From assembly GCA_964416755.1 (NCBI GenBank), contig CAYQFH010000002.1, positions 1 to 52,035 on the forward strand: a DNA stretch of 52,035 nucleotides. The letters run 5' to 3'. The notes beneath the pieces are model-generated. The model was given only the letters and a program-made list of their open reading frames with translations. It searched no databases and was not told where the DNA came from. Source of the DNA: an uncultured Piscirickettsiaceae bacterium. GTDB lineage: Bacteria > Pseudomonadota > Gammaproteobacteria > GCF-002020875. This document shows positions 24,212 to 35,570 of the stretch, piece by piece (the first letter of the stretch is position 1; each line of letters begins with the position of its first letter). A program made the position numbers and the translations under genes.

Positions 24212-26286
24212 CACTTTCTATTTCTTTGTGGTTTACCTTTACCGCTGCTCCGGCCTTTCTTCACCATTGGTTCTCTTCGCTGCTGTCGTTTTGCCTGTAC
24301 TCTGCCACGAAAGCGCTCTGAAGCGGCTGGAATCAGTTGCTCTTTTCCAGAACCAATCAGATATTCCATCCCCAGTTCCATCAATACCTGACGCAGCAGC
24401 GGCCAATTCTTTGGATCATGATAACGGAGGAACGCCTTGTGAACCCGTCGTCTCCTCCCCCCCCTGGGGATCGGAATCGGACTGCTACTGCGCTTCACCT
24501 TGCGTAGTGGATTGAATGTCGAGTGGTACATTGTGGTCGCCAGCGACATCGGAGTGGGCAGGAAATTCTGCACCTGATCCGGGCGGAATCTGTTGCGCTT
24601 GAGCCAGAGCGCCAGATGTACCATATCCTCATCACTGGTTCCGGGATGAGCGGCAATAAAATAGGGGATCAGATACTGCTCCTTTCCCGCCTTGCGGGAG
24701 AAGCGTTCAAACAGTTCCCGGAAGCGATAGAAAGTGTCGACACCGGGCTTCATCATCTTGCTGAGCGGTTCCGGCTCGGTATGCTCCGGAGCAATCTTCA
24801 GATACCCCCCGACATGGTGCGTCACCAACTCCTCAACATACTCCGGTGAGCGAACCGCCAGGTCATAACGCAATCCGGAAGCGACAAAGATCCGCTTGAT
24901 ACCGGGGACTTTACGGGCATTTCGGTAGAGGCTGATCAGCGCGTCATGGCTGGTATCCATATGCTTGCAGATATCGGGATAGACGCAAGAGAGCCTGCGA
25001 CAGGCGGCCTCAATCTTTTCACTCTTGCAGCGCATCCGGTACATATTGGCCGTTGGACCACCCAGATCGGAGATGTGGCCATTGAAGCCTGGCTGCTTCT
25101 GAATCTCTCCAATTTCACGCAATATCGATCCCTCTGAGCGACTCTGGATAATGCGCCCTTCATGCTCGGTAATCGAACAGAAGGTACACCCCCCAAAGCA
25201 GCCACGCATAATATTGATGGAGAAGCGGATCATCTCAAACGCCGGAATCCGTTGCCCACCGTAGGCAGGGTGCGGTTGGCGACTGTAGGGCAGCTCATAC
25301 ACTTGATCCAGCTCTTCGCTATCCAGCGGGACCGGTGGCGGAGTCAGCCAGAGATACTGATTGCCATGCGGCTGCAGCAACGCACGCGCATTACCCGGAT
25401 TGGTCTCCAGATGAAATAGGCGTGAGGTATGTGCGTAGCGCTGTTTATCGCTTCGCAACATCTCATAAGATGGCAACTGAAGCACCCCTTGTTGACGTGA
25501 GGTGCTCGAACGTTGTGTCTGTATCGGCTCCTCTGGAGGCAGATCAGTATTGTCCAGCAGTTGCCACTTCCCCTGCTCCAGTTGCTGCTCCAACTCCTGT
25601 CGATTGAGTAGAAAAGCCGAACCACGCAAATCCCGAATCTGCTGTGGAATCTCTCCGGCAGCCAACCGGTGCGTCAATTCGACAATGGCTCGCTCGGCAT
25701 TGCCGAACAACAACAGATCTGCACGGGCATCCACCAGAATGGAGCGGCGTACCTTGTCTGACCAGTAGTCATAGTGGGCCATGCGACGCAGACTCGCCTC
25801 AATCCCACCAATCACAATCGGCACATCACCATACGCCTCCCGACAGCGTTGACTGTAGACAATGGTAGAACGATCCGGGCGGCTACCGCCCTCACCGCCC
25901 GCTGTGTAGGCATCTTCTTTACGCAGTTTGTGATCCGAGGTATAGCGATTGACCATCGAATCCATGTTACCGGCAGTCACCCCAAAAAAGAGGTTGGGCT
26001 TACCCAACACCTTGAATGGCTCTGCACTCTTCCAGTTCGGTTGCGAGAGAATTCCAACCCGAAACCCTTGCGCCTCCAGCAGTCGCCCAATCAGTGCCAT
26101 CCCGAAACTGGGATGATCCACATAGGCATCCCCCGTCACCAGAATGACATCGCAGCTGTCCCATCCCAGATCATCCATCTCACTACGCGACATCGGCAAC
26201 ACGGGTGCAATACCAAAGCGGTGCGCCCAAAACTTTCGTCTGGAGAAGAGACCTTTCATAAGAACACTATTATACGCTGTCGGCAC
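24211..26286 (-). CDS. ygiQ: YgiQ-family (UPF0313) radical SAM protein
   Basis: [32 protein letters not shown], the [10 protein letters not shown] cluster motif and a basic C-terminal tail. The start is either GTG 26286 or ATG 26259. Confidence 0.9.
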   Translation of the reverse strand: MPTAYNSVLMKGLFSRRKFWAHRFGIAPVLPMSRSEMDDLGWDSCDVILVTGDAYVDHPSFGMALIGRLLEAQGFRVGILSQPNWKSAEPFKVLGKPNLFFGVTAGNMDSMVNRYTSDHKLRKEDAYTAGGEGGSRPDRSTIVYSQRCREAYGDVPIVIGGIEASLRRMAHYDYWSDKVRRSILVDARADLLLFGNAERAIVELTHRLAAGEIPQQIRDLRGSAFLLNRQELEQQLEQGKWQLLDNTDLPPEEPIQTQRSSTSRQQGVLQLPSYEMLRSDKQRYAHTSRLFHLETNPGNARALLQPHGNQYLWLTPPPVPLDSEELDQVYELPYSRQPHPAYGGQRIPAFEMIRFSINIMRGCFGGCTFCSITEHEGRIIQSRSEGSILREIGEIQKQPGFNGHISDLGGPTANMYRMRCKSEKIEAACRRLSCVYPDICKHMDTSHDALISLYRNARKVPGIKRIFVASGLRYDLAVRSPEYVEELVTHHVGGYLKIAPEHTEPEPLSKMMKPGVDTFYRFRELFERFSRKAGKEQYLIPYFIAAHPGTSDEDMVHLALWLKRNRFRPDQVQNFLPTPMSLATTMYHSTFNPLRKVKRSSSPIPIPRGGRRRRVHKAFLRYHDPKNWPLLRQVLMELGMEYLIGSGKEQLIPAASERFRGRVQAKRQQRREPMVKKGRSSGKGKPQRNRK

Positions 26287-26315
26287 AGCGTACGCGGAAG
26301 GATGGAAGAGTGCGA

Positions 26316-27446
26316 CTAACGCTTGAGCCTGATGGTCACCGGAAAGGCAAAACGCACCTTGTCACTCTTGACACCGGCAGGCAGCTGGTTGAAGGGTTGC
26401 GCAAATTCCACCATCTTCTCAACCGCCTGATCCAGTGCAGGGTGGCCTGAACTCTCCAGAATCTCGGTATCCTCCAGGCGACCTTCACGATTGATGGTAA
26501 AACCGACCACCACCTTACCCTCGACCCCCTGCTCTTCTGCCACCGCCTTGGGATAGAGCACAAACTGTGTCAATGTAGCGCGCATCTGCTTGCGATAACC
26601 GGCACCGATCCCCTTTGCACCGGCATAGCGGCGCTTCCACCCCTGACTCTGACTCGCGCTCATCGAGGGGAGCTCAGGGCTCCACTCCTCTGCCTTCACC
26701 TCAGGCAGGGCCTTGAAAATCGCCTCATCAAACTCTATCTGTTCGATGGTGATCTCAGCCAAAATCACCTCGGACTGATTGCCCGCCTCAGGCATGGCAA
26801 TCTCTGGCATCAGCGGAACCTCTTCAGTCATTGCAGGATCTGTCACTGTTTCAACCAGCGCCAGCTCCTCCATCTCCGGTAGCGTCTCTACCGAAGAGAT
26901 CGATTCAGGAGACAGCTCCAACGTTTCCGCCGGAACTGACTCCATTGACGCACTCATCTGCGCCACACTCTCCGGGGTCAATACCGCCACATTGGAAAGC
27001 GAAGGGACGGAAGTCTGTTCAGGCGGTGTCAAGTCAGCGCTTTCCAGCAGATTAAGCATCTGTTCCCCCGCCACACTCAACTCTGGTTGATCTTCCAGGG
27101 CAACCTCTTCAGAATCTGCTGCCACCATCTCTGTACTATCTCCAGATACAATCAGTTCCAGAGATTCACCGCTGGCAGCAATTTCTGCTGCCGGCTCAAC
27201 CGCCTCAATCTCGTTCTGATCCCCCTCATCCAGAGAGATCAGAGGAATTACATCACTGCTGGCAGCCTCCGGATCCTCCAACACCAACTGCTCTACCGTC
27301 TCCTGATCACTCAACAGCACCGTAAAGGGCAGCTCATCCACTTCACGTTCGATCTGCTGGTACTCAAAAAAATTAACCGAGTAGATCACCCAACCATGCA
27401 GCAATGCCGACAAAATCAGTGCAAAAAACCAGTGGTGTGGACGCAT
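26316..27446 (-). CDS. tonB: TonB-family energy transducer with an unusually long acidic linker
   Basis: N-terminal TM with the SALLHG motif, a ~230-aa E/D/S/V-rich linker, and a C-terminal TonB domain ([27 protein letters not shown] ... [11 protein letters not shown]). ATG 27446 is preferred over TTG 27458. Confidence 0.8.
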   Translation of the reverse strand: MRPHHWFFALILSALLHGWVIYSVNFFEYQQIEREVDELPFTVLLSDQETVEQLVLEDPEAASSDVIPLISLDEGDQNEIEAVEPAAEIAASGESLELIVSGDSTEMVAADSEEVALEDQPELSVAGEQMLNLLESADLTPPEQTSVPSLSNVAVLTPESVAQMSASMESVPAETLELSPESISSVETLPEMEELALVETVTDPAMTEEVPLMPEIAMPEAGNQSEVILAEITIEQIEFDEAIFKALPEVKAEEWSPELPSMSASQSQGWKRRYAGAKGIGAGYRKQMRATLTQFVLYPKAVAEEQGVEGKVVVGFTINREGRLEDTEILESSGHPALDQAVEKMVEFAQPFNQLPAGVKSDKVRFAFPVTIRLKR

Positions 27447-27454
27447 CACCAGAT

Positions 27455-27859
27455 TCAAGGGGTCACCTCGGTGATCAGATCGACCTGTTCGACACCGGCC
27501 CCACGCACCTCTTCCAGCAATTTGATCAACTCATGGGAGTCAACCCGACTATCCGCATGGATCTCGACCGATGGCGGTGTATCATCCACAAAGTTTTCAT
27601 CAATCAGGTAGCGTAGCTGAAAACGGTTCTTCACCTCTCGCTCCGCCACTGCGCGACGTCCCTCATGATCGATGAAGATGGAGAGACTCATCGGCTCTGC
27701 CCGTGCCTCACTGCTGGATTGAGGATGTTCGATATCCCAGAACGCTGGAGAGCGGACAGTACCGGCAACCAGAAAGAAGATGATCAACAGAAAAATGACA
27801 CTGACAAGCGGGGTCATATCCAGCTCTTTGTGTCGACTTCTGTGGTAATGAAAACGCAT
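27455..27859 (-). CDS. exbD: ExbD/TolR-family biopolymer transport protein
   Basis: DMTPLVSVIFLLIIFFLV single TM plus a periplasmic domain, in an operon with exbB and tonB. Confidence 0.85.
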   Translation of the reverse strand: MRFHYHRSRHKELDMTPLVSVIFLLIIFFLVAGTVRSPAFWDIEHPQSSSEARAEPMSLSIFIDHEGRRAVAEREVKNRFQLRYLIDENFVDDTPPSVEIHADSRVDSHELIKLLEEVRGAGVEQVDLITEVTP

Positions 27860-27861
27860 TG

Positions 27862-28260
27862 TCAACGCACCAGTGTCACCTTGTCCGCCCCACCACTACG
27901 CAGTTGATCCATCACCACAACCACCTGCTGCAGAGGCAACCCTGCATCCGGACGAACAATAAAGCGGGTCTGTGGACGCTTTTCCAGCAACTGTCGGGTC
28001 TTGTCGGCAATCTGATCGATATGGAAAGGCATGCCGTTGAAGTCGACTCTGGAATCTGCATGAACTCGTACCAGTGATCCCCCCTGCCATGCACTCTTTC
28101 CCTTGCCCTGACTGGCAGGCATATCCAGATCCAGCATCCGCTGTTGCGAGAAACTGGTGGTCAGCATGAAGAAGATCAGCAGCAGGAATACGACATCAAT
28201 CAGCGAGGTCAGACTGAGCCAGCGCCTCCTGGTTCTGAGACCGACTGGTTCAAATTGCAT
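27862..28260 (-). CDS. exbD: ExbD/TolR-family biopolymer transport protein (second copy)
   Basis: LTSLIDVVFLLLIFFMLT single TM plus a periplasmic domain. Confidence 0.85.
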   Translation of the reverse strand: MQFEPVGLRTRRRWLSLTSLIDVVFLLLIFFMLTTSFSQQRMLDLDMPASQGKGKSAWQGGSLVRVHADSRVDFNGMPFHIDQIADKTRQLLEKRPQTRFIVRPDAGLPLQQVVVVMDQLRSGGADKVTLVR

Positions 28261-28266
28261 AATGGT

Positions 28267-28896
28267 TTATCCGGAGCGACGCATGGAAGCGAGCGTACGC
28301 GTCACCGCATCTCCCATATCTTGACGCACGCGCTCAACAATCCCCTCCAGCCAATTGACTGCGGCTAGCGCCGGAATCGCTACAGCCAATCCGAATGCAG
28401 TGGTAATCAGCGCCTCCCAGATGCCTCCGGCAAGCATGGTCACATCGATACGAACACCCGCTGCCTCCAACTGCATGAAAGCCTGAATCATTCCGAGTAC
28501 GGTACCCAACAGCCCCAACAGAGGACTTAGATGAGCTACTGCATCCAACCCTCTGATATAAGAGGTCAACTGCTCCAATTGCAGACGCCCTTCACTCTCC
28601 AACTCCTCTTTTGCTGCGCTACTCATCTCCGATGAGGAGCAGAGATTGATTGACTTCACCATCACTGCTGCCATCGGGCTTCTCTTCTTTTTGGAGAGCG
28701 CTGTAAGCGCCATCTGTACCTGTCCACGCTCAATCTGATTGATGGTTCGATCGATCAGCTTTCTGGAACCAAACAGCACCCCGCGAGACTGAAAGTGATA
28801 GAGCTTGAGCAGCAGAATGGCCAAACCATAGACGGAAAGCGCCAAAAGGATAAGGGCAACCGGGCCACCCTTGGAGACAAGCAGCTCTACATCCAT
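28267..28896 (-). CDS. exbB: ExbB (MotA/TolQ/ExbB proton channel family)
   Basis: 209 aa with three TM segments and the conserved LGLLGTVLGMI ... ALITTAFGL pattern. Confidence 0.9.
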   Translation of the reverse strand: MDVELLVSKGGPVALILLALSVYGLAILLLKLYHFQSRGVLFGSRKLIDRTINQIERGQVQMALTALSKKKRSPMAAVMVKSINLCSSSEMSSAAKEELESEGRLQLEQLTSYIRGLDAVAHLSPLLGLLGTVLGMIQAFMQLEAAGVRIDVTMLAGGIWEALITTAFGLAVAIPALAAVNWLEGIVERVRQDMGDAVTRTLASMRRSG

Positions 28897-28905
28897 GAGA
28901 ACATC

Positions 28906-29334
28906 CTATTTAAAGAGTTTAACGCTACCTTTAGCGCCAGTATTCAGCTTACGCAGACAGTCCGTAACTTCCTGATCACCACTCTTGCAGGCAGTCATCC
29001 GGTTGAGCAGTACACTACCCACTTCACTGCAAACCGTATCTTTCATCGGCACCAGTTTGACCACAGTCTTGTTGGCCATCACCTGCTGAAAATCAGCAAG
29101 AAAATGGGCGGTAATCACATCCTCTTTATTGAAGGCAAAGAGTTCCGACTTGAACTCGGAGAACTCGGTCTCACTCTTGTTGGAGAAACGGACGTAGGCT
29201 ACGCAAAGATCATCTCTCTGCTCCAGCTTGTTGATTTCCATATAGAGCCCAGCCTCTTCTGCCTGGACAGTAAAAGAGAGCGATAATAGTACCGCCAAGG
29301 CCCAACGCATCTTTTGAAACATAACGACTCCCAT
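28906..29334 (-). CDS. Secreted hypothetical protein upstream of exbB
   Basis: Signal peptide MRWALAVLLSLSFTVQA and 4 Cys residues. No family recognised. There are several possible ATG starts (29334, 29322, 29310). Confidence 0.55.
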   Translation of the reverse strand: MGVVMFQKMRWALAVLLSLSFTVQAEEAGLYMEINKLEQRDDLCVAYVRFSNKSETEFSEFKSELFAFNKEDVITAHFLADFQQVMANKTVVKLVPMKDTVCSEVGSVLLNRMTACKSGDQEVTDCLRKLNTGAKGSVKLFK

Positions 29335-29356
29335 TTATCGTTCAGGTAACAACAGA

Positions 29357-30007
29357 TTAACGGTTGCAGTGCAGCGCCAGATACTCCAGATCGCTATCCT
29401 CAACCTCTCCCAACTCCCACTCGCCACGCTGGTTCGCGTGAGTAATCGCGGCACTTACCTCGGCAGCACTACTCTGCTGAGGAACTGCCAGAACCTGTCC
29501 AGCATAGATCAGATCCGCATCGACAATCTGCTCTTTGTTGGCACAGAGCAACAGTGGCCACAACTCTGCATTACCATAGACCTGTGTATTGGCAGCAATC
29601 GTCCACAGACTATCAAGGTCTCCCACTTCCACTTCATTCAATTTCTGCACAGCACTGTCTGCTGATTCGACCTCTCCGACAGTAACCGACGCAGTTGGGG
29701 TGACCTCCTCTATCCTGGCCGCCTCCATCTCTGCGATGACAGCAGGTTTGGCTGGTGCTGGCAGCCCCTCTTTCTCAGCCTTCTCTACGTCAAAGGCGTA
29801 TTTGGCACGCACCTCCAGCACTTCATCACACTCAGGCTGCGCATAATCTTTGGTCCAGTAACCGGTATGGATACATTCGTTATATGGAGTACGCACAATA
29901 TTGCCATTACTATCCGTCAGATATCCCTCAAAACTCCCTGCTTGCAGTGAAGTGGTCAACGCCAACGCTGGCAGCGCCATCCAGGCAGCAACATCCATCT
30001 TTTTCAT
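29357..30007 (-). CDS. Secreted LysM-domain protein
   Basis: Signal peptide MKKMDVAAWMALPALALTTSLQA and a C-terminal LysM (VGDLDSLWTIAANTQVYGNAELWPLLLCANKEQIVDADLIYAGQVLAVP). The ATG at 30007 has a GGAAAGAG SD. Confidence 0.75.
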   Translation of the reverse strand: MKKMDVAAWMALPALALTTSLQAGSFEGYLTDSNGNIVRTPYNECIHTGYWTKDYAQPECDEVLEVRAKYAFDVEKAEKEGLPAPAKPAVIAEMEAARIEEVTPTASVTVGEVESADSAVQKLNEVEVGDLDSLWTIAANTQVYGNAELWPLLLCANKEQIVDADLIYAGQVLAVPQQSSAAEVSAAITHANQRGEWELGEVEDSDLEYLALHCNR

Positions 30008-30198
30008 CACTCTTTCCTTCCGGTTACTCATATATTGGTTTATCACTCGATCTGCCAAAGCAAAAGCTATTGATTCAGCAGTTGAACCCCGCAATCTTAC
30101 TGTAGTAACTCTGTTTTTTCCATGTCCTTTTCAAGAAAAAAGCCGTAGCAACGATGGTATGATAACGGCCAATGGAAATTGGTTGATCAAGGACAAAA

Positions 30199-30741
30199 AT
30201 GATGACAAAAAACCGCATTCCACTTATTGGAATACTTCTACTTGCCGCTTCCCATTGGGCATCTGCAGAGTCTGTTCAGCAGATGCCAATCTCTCAACAG
30301 AAAGAGCCCATCCCTGATGATATCTGGGACACCATTGCCTCCCCTTTTGATCCCATCAGCAATCCACCTGGATTTACCCCGCCACCGCAGCGCATAGAAC
30401 AGATGCGTCCACAACAACGACTTGCCGCTCCGGTACGACGAACCATCTCACCGGTCTCTCAACCTCTTCCGCAAGTCGCACCTCAACAGCCCATCGTGCA
30501 GGATCTCAGCACCCCGGCGGCACCACGCAACCGTTATCCTGCAGAGCCGATCACTACACCTGCCCCGGTAACCACACCTCCTGCCGTACCGTATCAGCTC
30601 CCCCCACAAGAGAAGACAGTAGTCGCAGAATACCCGGAAGAGTACTGGAACTGTCTACTCAACAACCTGCAAGGTGTAGGTAGTGATGTAGCCGCCAAGT
30701 TGATCACCCGGGCCTGTCAAAAGAAACACCCTAAACGGTAA
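30199..30741 (+). CDS. Secreted proline-rich hypothetical protein
   Basis: Signal peptide [23 protein letters not shown], a P/Q-rich middle region and a Cys-containing C-terminal ~40 aa. Its 3' end overlaps the ubiA 3' end by 11 nt (convergent). Confidence 0.5.
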   Translation: MMTKNRIPLIGILLLAASHWASAESVQQMPISQQKEPIPDDIWDTIASPFDPISNPPGFTPPPQRIEQMRPQQRLAAPVRRTISPVSQPLPQVAPQQPIVQDLSTPAAPRNRYPAEPITTPAPVTTPPAVPYQLPPQEKTVVAEYPEEYWNCLLNNLQGVGSDVAAKLITRACQKKHPKR

Positions 30742-31588
30742 CAATTCGATCGAGCGCAACCCCTAGGAAGACCGTCATCCCCAGCCAGTGGTTATGAAGA
30801 AAGGCCTGAAAACAGGCCTTACGCGCCCGCTCCCGGATAAGCCATTGATGGTACAACCCTAAAACGGTGGCGAGCGCCAGTCCGGCAAAGTAGATCGTTC
30901 CCAACCCAAAGGCGTTACCCGCCTGCAGCAGCAGTGCCAGCATCAGCAACTGGAACAGACCGATGATCAGCCGATCCCGATGCCCAAACAGGATCGCCGT
31001 GGAGCGAATCCCGACCTTGAGATCATCCTCACGATCCACCATCGCATACATGGTGTCATAGACCACCGCCCAGCAAAGGGTAGCCAGAAACAGTAGCCAT
31101 GCAGCCGCAGGCACCGTTCCGGTCACTGCTGCAAATGCCATCGGTACCGCCCAGCCAAAGGCCGCCCCGAGAAAGAGTTGCGGCAGATGAGTGTAACGCT
31201 TCATGAAGGGATAGAGTGAAGCCAGCGCTACAGCAGCAAATGAGAGCAGTATCGTGAGCTGGTTCATGGTCAGCACCAAAAGGAAAGCAATCAAAACCAG
31301 AAAAACAAACAGTTGCAACGCCTCTTTCGGAGCAACCAGACCACTGGTAATGGGGCGGTTTGCAGTGCGTTCCACATGACGATCCACCTCCCGATCAGCA
31401 TAATCATTGATGATACAGCCAGCAGAACGCATCAGCACCACCCCGGCGAGGAAGACCAGCAACACACTCCAGGAGGGCAGTCCATCGGCGGCAATCCAGA
31501 GCGCCCACAGAGTGGGCCAGAGCAGCAGCAGGATACCGATTGGCTTATCCAACCGCATCAGCTGAACATAGCCCTGCCATTTATCCAC
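30731..31588 (-). CDS. ubiA: 4-hydroxybenzoate polyprenyltransferase UbiA
   Basis: [22 protein letters not shown] and the [15 protein letters not shown] motif. Multi-TM. GTG start one nt after the tadA stop. Confidence 0.9.
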   Translation of the reverse strand: MDKWQGYVQLMRLDKPIGILLLLWPTLWALWIAADGLPSWSVLLVFLAGVVLMRSAGCIINDYADREVDRHVERTANRPITSGLVAPKEALQLFVFLVLIAFLLVLTMNQLTILLSFAAVALASLYPFMKRYTHLPQLFLGAAFGWAVPMAFAAVTGTVPAAAWLLFLATLCWAVVYDTMYAMVDREDDLKVGIRSTAILFGHRDRLIIGLFQLLMLALLLQAGNAFGLGTIYFAGLALATVLGLYHQWLIRERARKACFQAFLHNHWLGMTVFLGVALDRIVTV

Positions 31589-31589
31589 G

Positions 31590-32066
31590 TTACGTCTCCT
31601 TCTGCCGGTTACGTCGCGTACGGAAGAACTGTTTCAACAGATCCCCGCACGCCTCTTCCAGTACACCTGCATGGATTTCACAATAGTGGTTCAGTTCCGG
31701 GTGTTGCAGTAGCTGAAATTGTGATTCAACCGCACCTGCGCGAGGATCTCTGGCTCCGAACACGACCCGATCAATACGTGCCTGGATGATCGCTCCGGCA
31801 CACATCGGACAGGGCTCCAGGGTGACATAGAGGGTGGTTCCGGGGATACGGTAGTTGTTCAACTTCAATGCAGCTGCACGAATAGCCCGAATCTCGGCAT
31901 GGGCAGTTGGGTCGTGCTCAGCAATCGGGGCATTCCACCCCTCCCCCAACAGCTCTCCACTGGCAACCACAACCGCACCGACCGGCACCTCCCCCTCAGA
32001 TTCTGCATGCTGCGCCAGCTTCAGCGCATGCTGCATCCAGCGGAGGTCTGAATCACTCCCACTCAA
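31590..32066 (-). CDS. tadA: tRNA adenosine(34) deaminase TadA
   Basis: [24 protein letters not shown] and PCPMCAGA deaminase motifs. The start is uncertain: TTG 32066 gives an E. coli-like N-terminal length, ATG 32036 is the alternative, and the ORF-track start at 32126 overlaps guaA by 74 nt. Confidence 0.85.
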   Translation of the reverse strand: MSGSDSDLRWMQHALKLAQHAESEGEVPVGAVVVASGELLGEGWNAPIAEHDPTAHAEIRAIRAAALKLNNYRIPGTTLYVTLEPCPMCAGAIIQARIDRVVFGARDPRAGAVESQFQLLQHPELNHYCEIHAGVLEEACGDLLKQFFRTRRNRQKET

Positions 32067-33633
32067 TGGTCGCCGGGGGCTTGCCCGAGATATCATAGGC
32101 CACGCGAGAAATACCATTAATCTCATTGATTATACGGGTAGATACATTCCCCAGAAACTCGTATGGAAGATGTGCCCAGCGTGCAGTCATGAAGTCGATC
32201 GTCTCTACTGCACGCAGCGAAACCACATAGTCATACTGACGATTATCCCCCATCACTCCGACCGAGCGTACCGGGAGGAAGACCACAAAGGCCTGGCTGA
32301 CCGAATCATAGAGATCAGCCGCACGCAGCTCGGAGATGAAAATATCATCAGCCAGACGCAACAGGTCGGCAAACTCCTTCTTTACTTCACCGAGGATACG
32401 CACCCCCAGCCCTGGACCGGGGAACGGATGACGATAGACCATCTCCGAAGGGAGTCCCAGCTCAATACCAATCTTGCGTACCTCATCCTTGAACAGCTCG
32501 CGTAGCGGCTCCAGCAGCTCCAGCTTCATATCTTCCGGCAGACCACCGACATTGTGGTGCGACTTGATCACCTTGGCCTTGCCTGACTTGGCACCCGCCG
32601 ACTCGATCACGTCGGGGTAGATGGTCCCCTGCGCCAGCCACTTCACGTTGGTCAGCTTGGCCGATTCCTCGTCAAACACCTCGATAAAGGTGTGGCCGAT
32701 AATCTTGCGCTTCTTTTCCGGATCGGTCTCCCCTTTCAGATTATCGAGGAAGCGCTGCTCGGCATCGGCACGGATCACCCGAATCCCCATATGCTCGGCA
32801 AACATCGACATCACCTGATCGCCCTCGTTGAGACGTAGCAGGCCGTTGTCGACAAAGACACAGGTGAGCTGGTCGCCAATCGCACGGTGTAGCAGCGCCG
32901 CCACCACCGAGGAGTCGACCCCACCGGAGAGTCCCAGCAGCACATCATCATCCCCCACCTGCTTGCGGATCTGTTCAATACTCTCTTCGATGATATTGGC
33001 CGGATTCCACAGTGCGGCACAACCACAGATGTCGATCACAAAACGGTTGAGGATACGGTCACCCTGCTTGGTGTGGGTCACCTCCGGATGGAACTGCACA
33101 CCGTAGAAGTTGCGACTCTCGTCTGCCATTCCGGCCAGCGGCGCATTTTCGGTCGAGGCCATAACGATAAAGCCATCAGGCAGCTCGGCCACCCGATCGC
33201 CATGGCTCATCCAGACATCCAGCAGACCGTACCCTTCTGGCGAGGCGTGATCCTCGATATCCTTCAGTAGTGCGGTGTGACCGCGGGCGCGTACCTGCGC
33301 GTAACCATACTCGTGATGATCGGCGTTCTCGGTCTTGCCTCCAAGCTGCGCCGCCATCGTCTGCATGCCGTAGCAGATCCCCAGTACCGGCACCCCCAGC
33401 TCAAACACGACCTGTGGTGCCTCAGGCGACTCCTCTGCTGTAGTCGACTCCGGGCCACCGGAGAGGATGATCCCCTTCGGTGCAAATTCATGGATCGCAT
33501 CCTCCTCCATATCCCATGGATAGAGTTCGCAGTAGACCCCCGCCTCACGCACACGGCGGGCAATCAGCTGAGTGTACTGTGACCCAAAGTCGAGGATCAG
33601 AATACGGTCATTATGGATATTCGCACTCATCAT
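32053..33633 (-). CDS. guaA: GMP synthase (glutamine-hydrolysing) GuaA
   Basis: Full-length match: [36 protein letters not shown]-terminal ATIEWE. Confidence 0.97.
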   Translation of the reverse strand: MMSANIHNDRILILDFGSQYTQLIARRVREAGVYCELYPWDMEEDAIHEFAPKGIILSGGPESTTAEESPEAPQVVFELGVPVLGICYGMQTMAAQLGGKTENADHHEYGYAQVRARGHTALLKDIEDHASPEGYGLLDVWMSHGDRVAELPDGFIVMASTENAPLAGMADESRNFYGVQFHPEVTHTKQGDRILNRFVIDICGCAALWNPANIIEESIEQIRKQVGDDDVLLGLSGGVDSSVVAALLHRAIGDQLTCVFVDNGLLRLNEGDQVMSMFAEHMGIRVIRADAEQRFLDNLKGETDPEKKRKIIGHTFIEVFDEESAKLTNVKWLAQGTIYPDVIESAGAKSGKAKVIKSHHNVGGLPEDMKLELLEPLRELFKDEVRKIGIELGLPSEMVYRHPFPGPGLGVRILGEVKKEFADLLRLADDIFISELRAADLYDSVSQAFVVFLPVRSVGVMGDNRQYDYVVSLRAVETIDFMTARWAHLPYEFLGNVSTRIINEINGISRVAYDISGKPPATIEWE

Positions 33634-33657
33634 TAGATCCTTTCAATAAGACACTGT

Positions 33658-35115
33658 TTATACTCTATAATTTGGCGCTTCTTTGGTGATGCTCACGTCA
33701 TGCACATGGCTCTCGACCATACCGGCACCGGTCACCTGTACAAACTCTGGACGGGTGCGCATCTCTTCGATATTGGCACAGCCAGTGTAGCCCATACTGG
33801 AACGCAAACCACCCATCATCTGGTGAACAATCGCGGTCATCGGCCCCTTGTAGGGTACACGTCCCTCGATCCCCTCCGGCACCAGCTTCTCGGCCCCCTG
33901 GTTCTTGTCCTGGAAATAACGGTCACTGGAACCCTGCTGCATCGCCCCCAGCGATCCCATGCCACGGTAGGACTTGTAGGAGCGGCCTTGATATAGCTCC
34001 ACCTCACCCGGCGCCTCTTCGGTACCCGCCAGCATGCCGCCCACCATGATGGAGTGAGCACCAGCCACAATTGCCTTGGACATATCACCGGAGTAGCGGA
34101 TACCGCCATCGGCAATCGCCGGCACGCCGGTCCCCTCCAATGCCTTGACCACATTGGAAACTGCGGTAATCTGTGGCACACCAACACCAGCAACAATTCG
34201 GGTGGTGCAGATGGAACCTGGACCGATACCAACCTTGACCGCATCGGCACCCGCTGCTACCAGATCCTTCGCTGCTGCACCAGTGGCAATATTGCCTCCA
34301 ATCACCTGAATCTGCGGGAAATTGGCCTTGACCCATTTCACACGATCGAGCACGCCTTGCGAATGGCCATGTGCGGTATCGACCACCACCACATCGACCC
34401 CTGCTTCGGCCAGCGCCGCCACACGATCCTCGGTATCGGCACCGGTACCCACCGCAGCACCCACACGCAGACGCTCCTGACTGTCCTTGCAGGCGTTAGG
34501 CTTATCGGTTGCTCGCTGGATGTCCTTGACAGTGATCATCCCACGCAGTTCAAAATTGTCATTCACCACCAGCACCTTCTCAATGCGGTGCTCATGCAAT
34601 AGCGCCTTCACCTTCTCCCGGTCTGTCCCCTCTGTCACCGTAACCAGACCCTCTTTTGGTGTCATCACCGCAGAGACTTTCTCATCCAGACGGGTCTCGA
34701 AACGGAGGTCACGACTGGTGACGATACCGACCAGATCGGTGCCATCCACAACCGGCAGCCCGGAAATGCCATATCTGCGAGTCAACTCCATCACTTCACC
34801 GATCGTCGCCACCGGGGAGATGGTTACCGGATCAGTCACTACACCACTCTCGAAGCGCTTCACCTTCAACACTTCACGCGCCTGCTCCTTGGCGGTCATG
34901 TTCTTGTGGACGATACCAATCCCCCCCTCCTGGGCCAACGCAATCGCCAGACGGGATTCGGTCACGGTATCCATCGCTGCCGAGATCAGTGGAATATTGA
35001 GCTCAATCTCACGCGTCAAACGAGAGCGGAGGGAGACCTCCGCAGGCACTACGGTAGAGTGTGCAGGAACAAGAAGGACATCATCAAAGGTAAGGGCTTG
35101 TTCGATAAGACGCAT
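33658..35115 (-). CDS. guaB: IMP dehydrogenase GuaB
   Basis: Full-length match: [13 protein letters not shown] pair, [19 protein letters not shown]. Confidence 0.97.
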   Translation of the reverse strand: MRLIEQALTFDDVLLVPAHSTVVPAEVSLRSRLTREIELNIPLISAAMDTVTESRLAIALAQEGGIGIVHKNMTAKEQAREVLKVKRFESGVVTDPVTISPVATIGEVMELTRRYGISGLPVVDGTDLVGIVTSRDLRFETRLDEKVSAVMTPKEGLVTVTEGTDREKVKALLHEHRIEKVLVVNDNFELRGMITVKDIQRATDKPNACKDSQERLRVGAAVGTGADTEDRVAALAEAGVDVVVVDTAHGHSQGVLDRVKWVKANFPQIQVIGGNIATGAAAKDLVAAGADAVKVGIGPGSICTTRIVAGVGVPQITAVSNVVKALEGTGVPAIADGGIRYSGDMSKAIVAGAHSIMVGGMLAGTEEAPGEVELYQGRSYKSYRGMGSLGAMQQGSSDRYFQDKNQGAEKLVPEGIEGRVPYKGPMTAIVHQMMGGLRSSMGYTGCANIEEMRTRPEFVQVTGAGMVESHVHDVSITKEAPNYRV

Positions 35116-35152
35116 GGCGTACTCCAGAAAGCGGGGAAAAATAGAGGCGCGA

Positions 35153-35181
35153 ATTATAAATGGATTGGCGCCTCAAGTCAT
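35153..35181 (-). promoter_or_regulatory. Candidate guaB promoter
   Basis: Minus strand ATGACT-(17 nt)-TATAAT followed by the GC-rich discriminator TCGCGCC. A 7-bp inverted repeat GAGGCGC/GCGCCTC flanks the -10. Confidence 0.3.
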
Positions 35182-35301
35182 TCCAGAAAAATGATTATTG
35201 GAGTCCCAAAGGCTTAATCAAAGCACCACAGCACATTTACGCAATATTTTAATTATGTTAAATATTTACCTGTATCCAGACGGCACAACCATGCCAAACA
35301 G

Positions 35302-35478
35302 CTATTTCCCCTGGTTCAGCTCCTTGGGAATGCAGAGCGCATACCCTTTGCCCACCTTCTGCGCCAGGATCTCGCGCTGCTCATCACACTCTTTCTTGTT
35401 CGGAAATTCATAACGTAACGTCTGACCACATGACCAGAAGGAGATTCCCAAACAGGCTGTCAGTATGTAGGTTCCCAT
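35302..35478 (-). CDS. Possible 58-aa lipoprotein-like small protein (below the ORF-track length cutoff)
   Basis: My translation is MGTYILTACLGISFWSCGQTLRYEFPNKKECDEQREILAQKVGKGYALCIPKELNQGK. A GAGG sits 7 nt upstream of the ATG, and there is an LTAC lipobox-like motif. Confidence 0.3.
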   Translation of the reverse strand: MGTYILTACLGISFWSCGQTLRYEFPNKKECDEQREILAQKVGKGYALCIPKELNQGK

Positions 35479-35570
35479 TGCAGTGCCTCAAAAATATTCC
35501 AATGTTCCGAAGTGGACATGGTCATTCTAACAACTCTTGCTCCAGCTGTATCTCCCTTCCCTATACTTCA

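Noticed and set aside
26600-27300. Possible tandem DNA repeats in the acidic tonB linker region.
   Set aside because: The repetitiveness is compositional (E/S/V-rich) at the protein level. I could not find exact or near-exact nucleotide repeat units.
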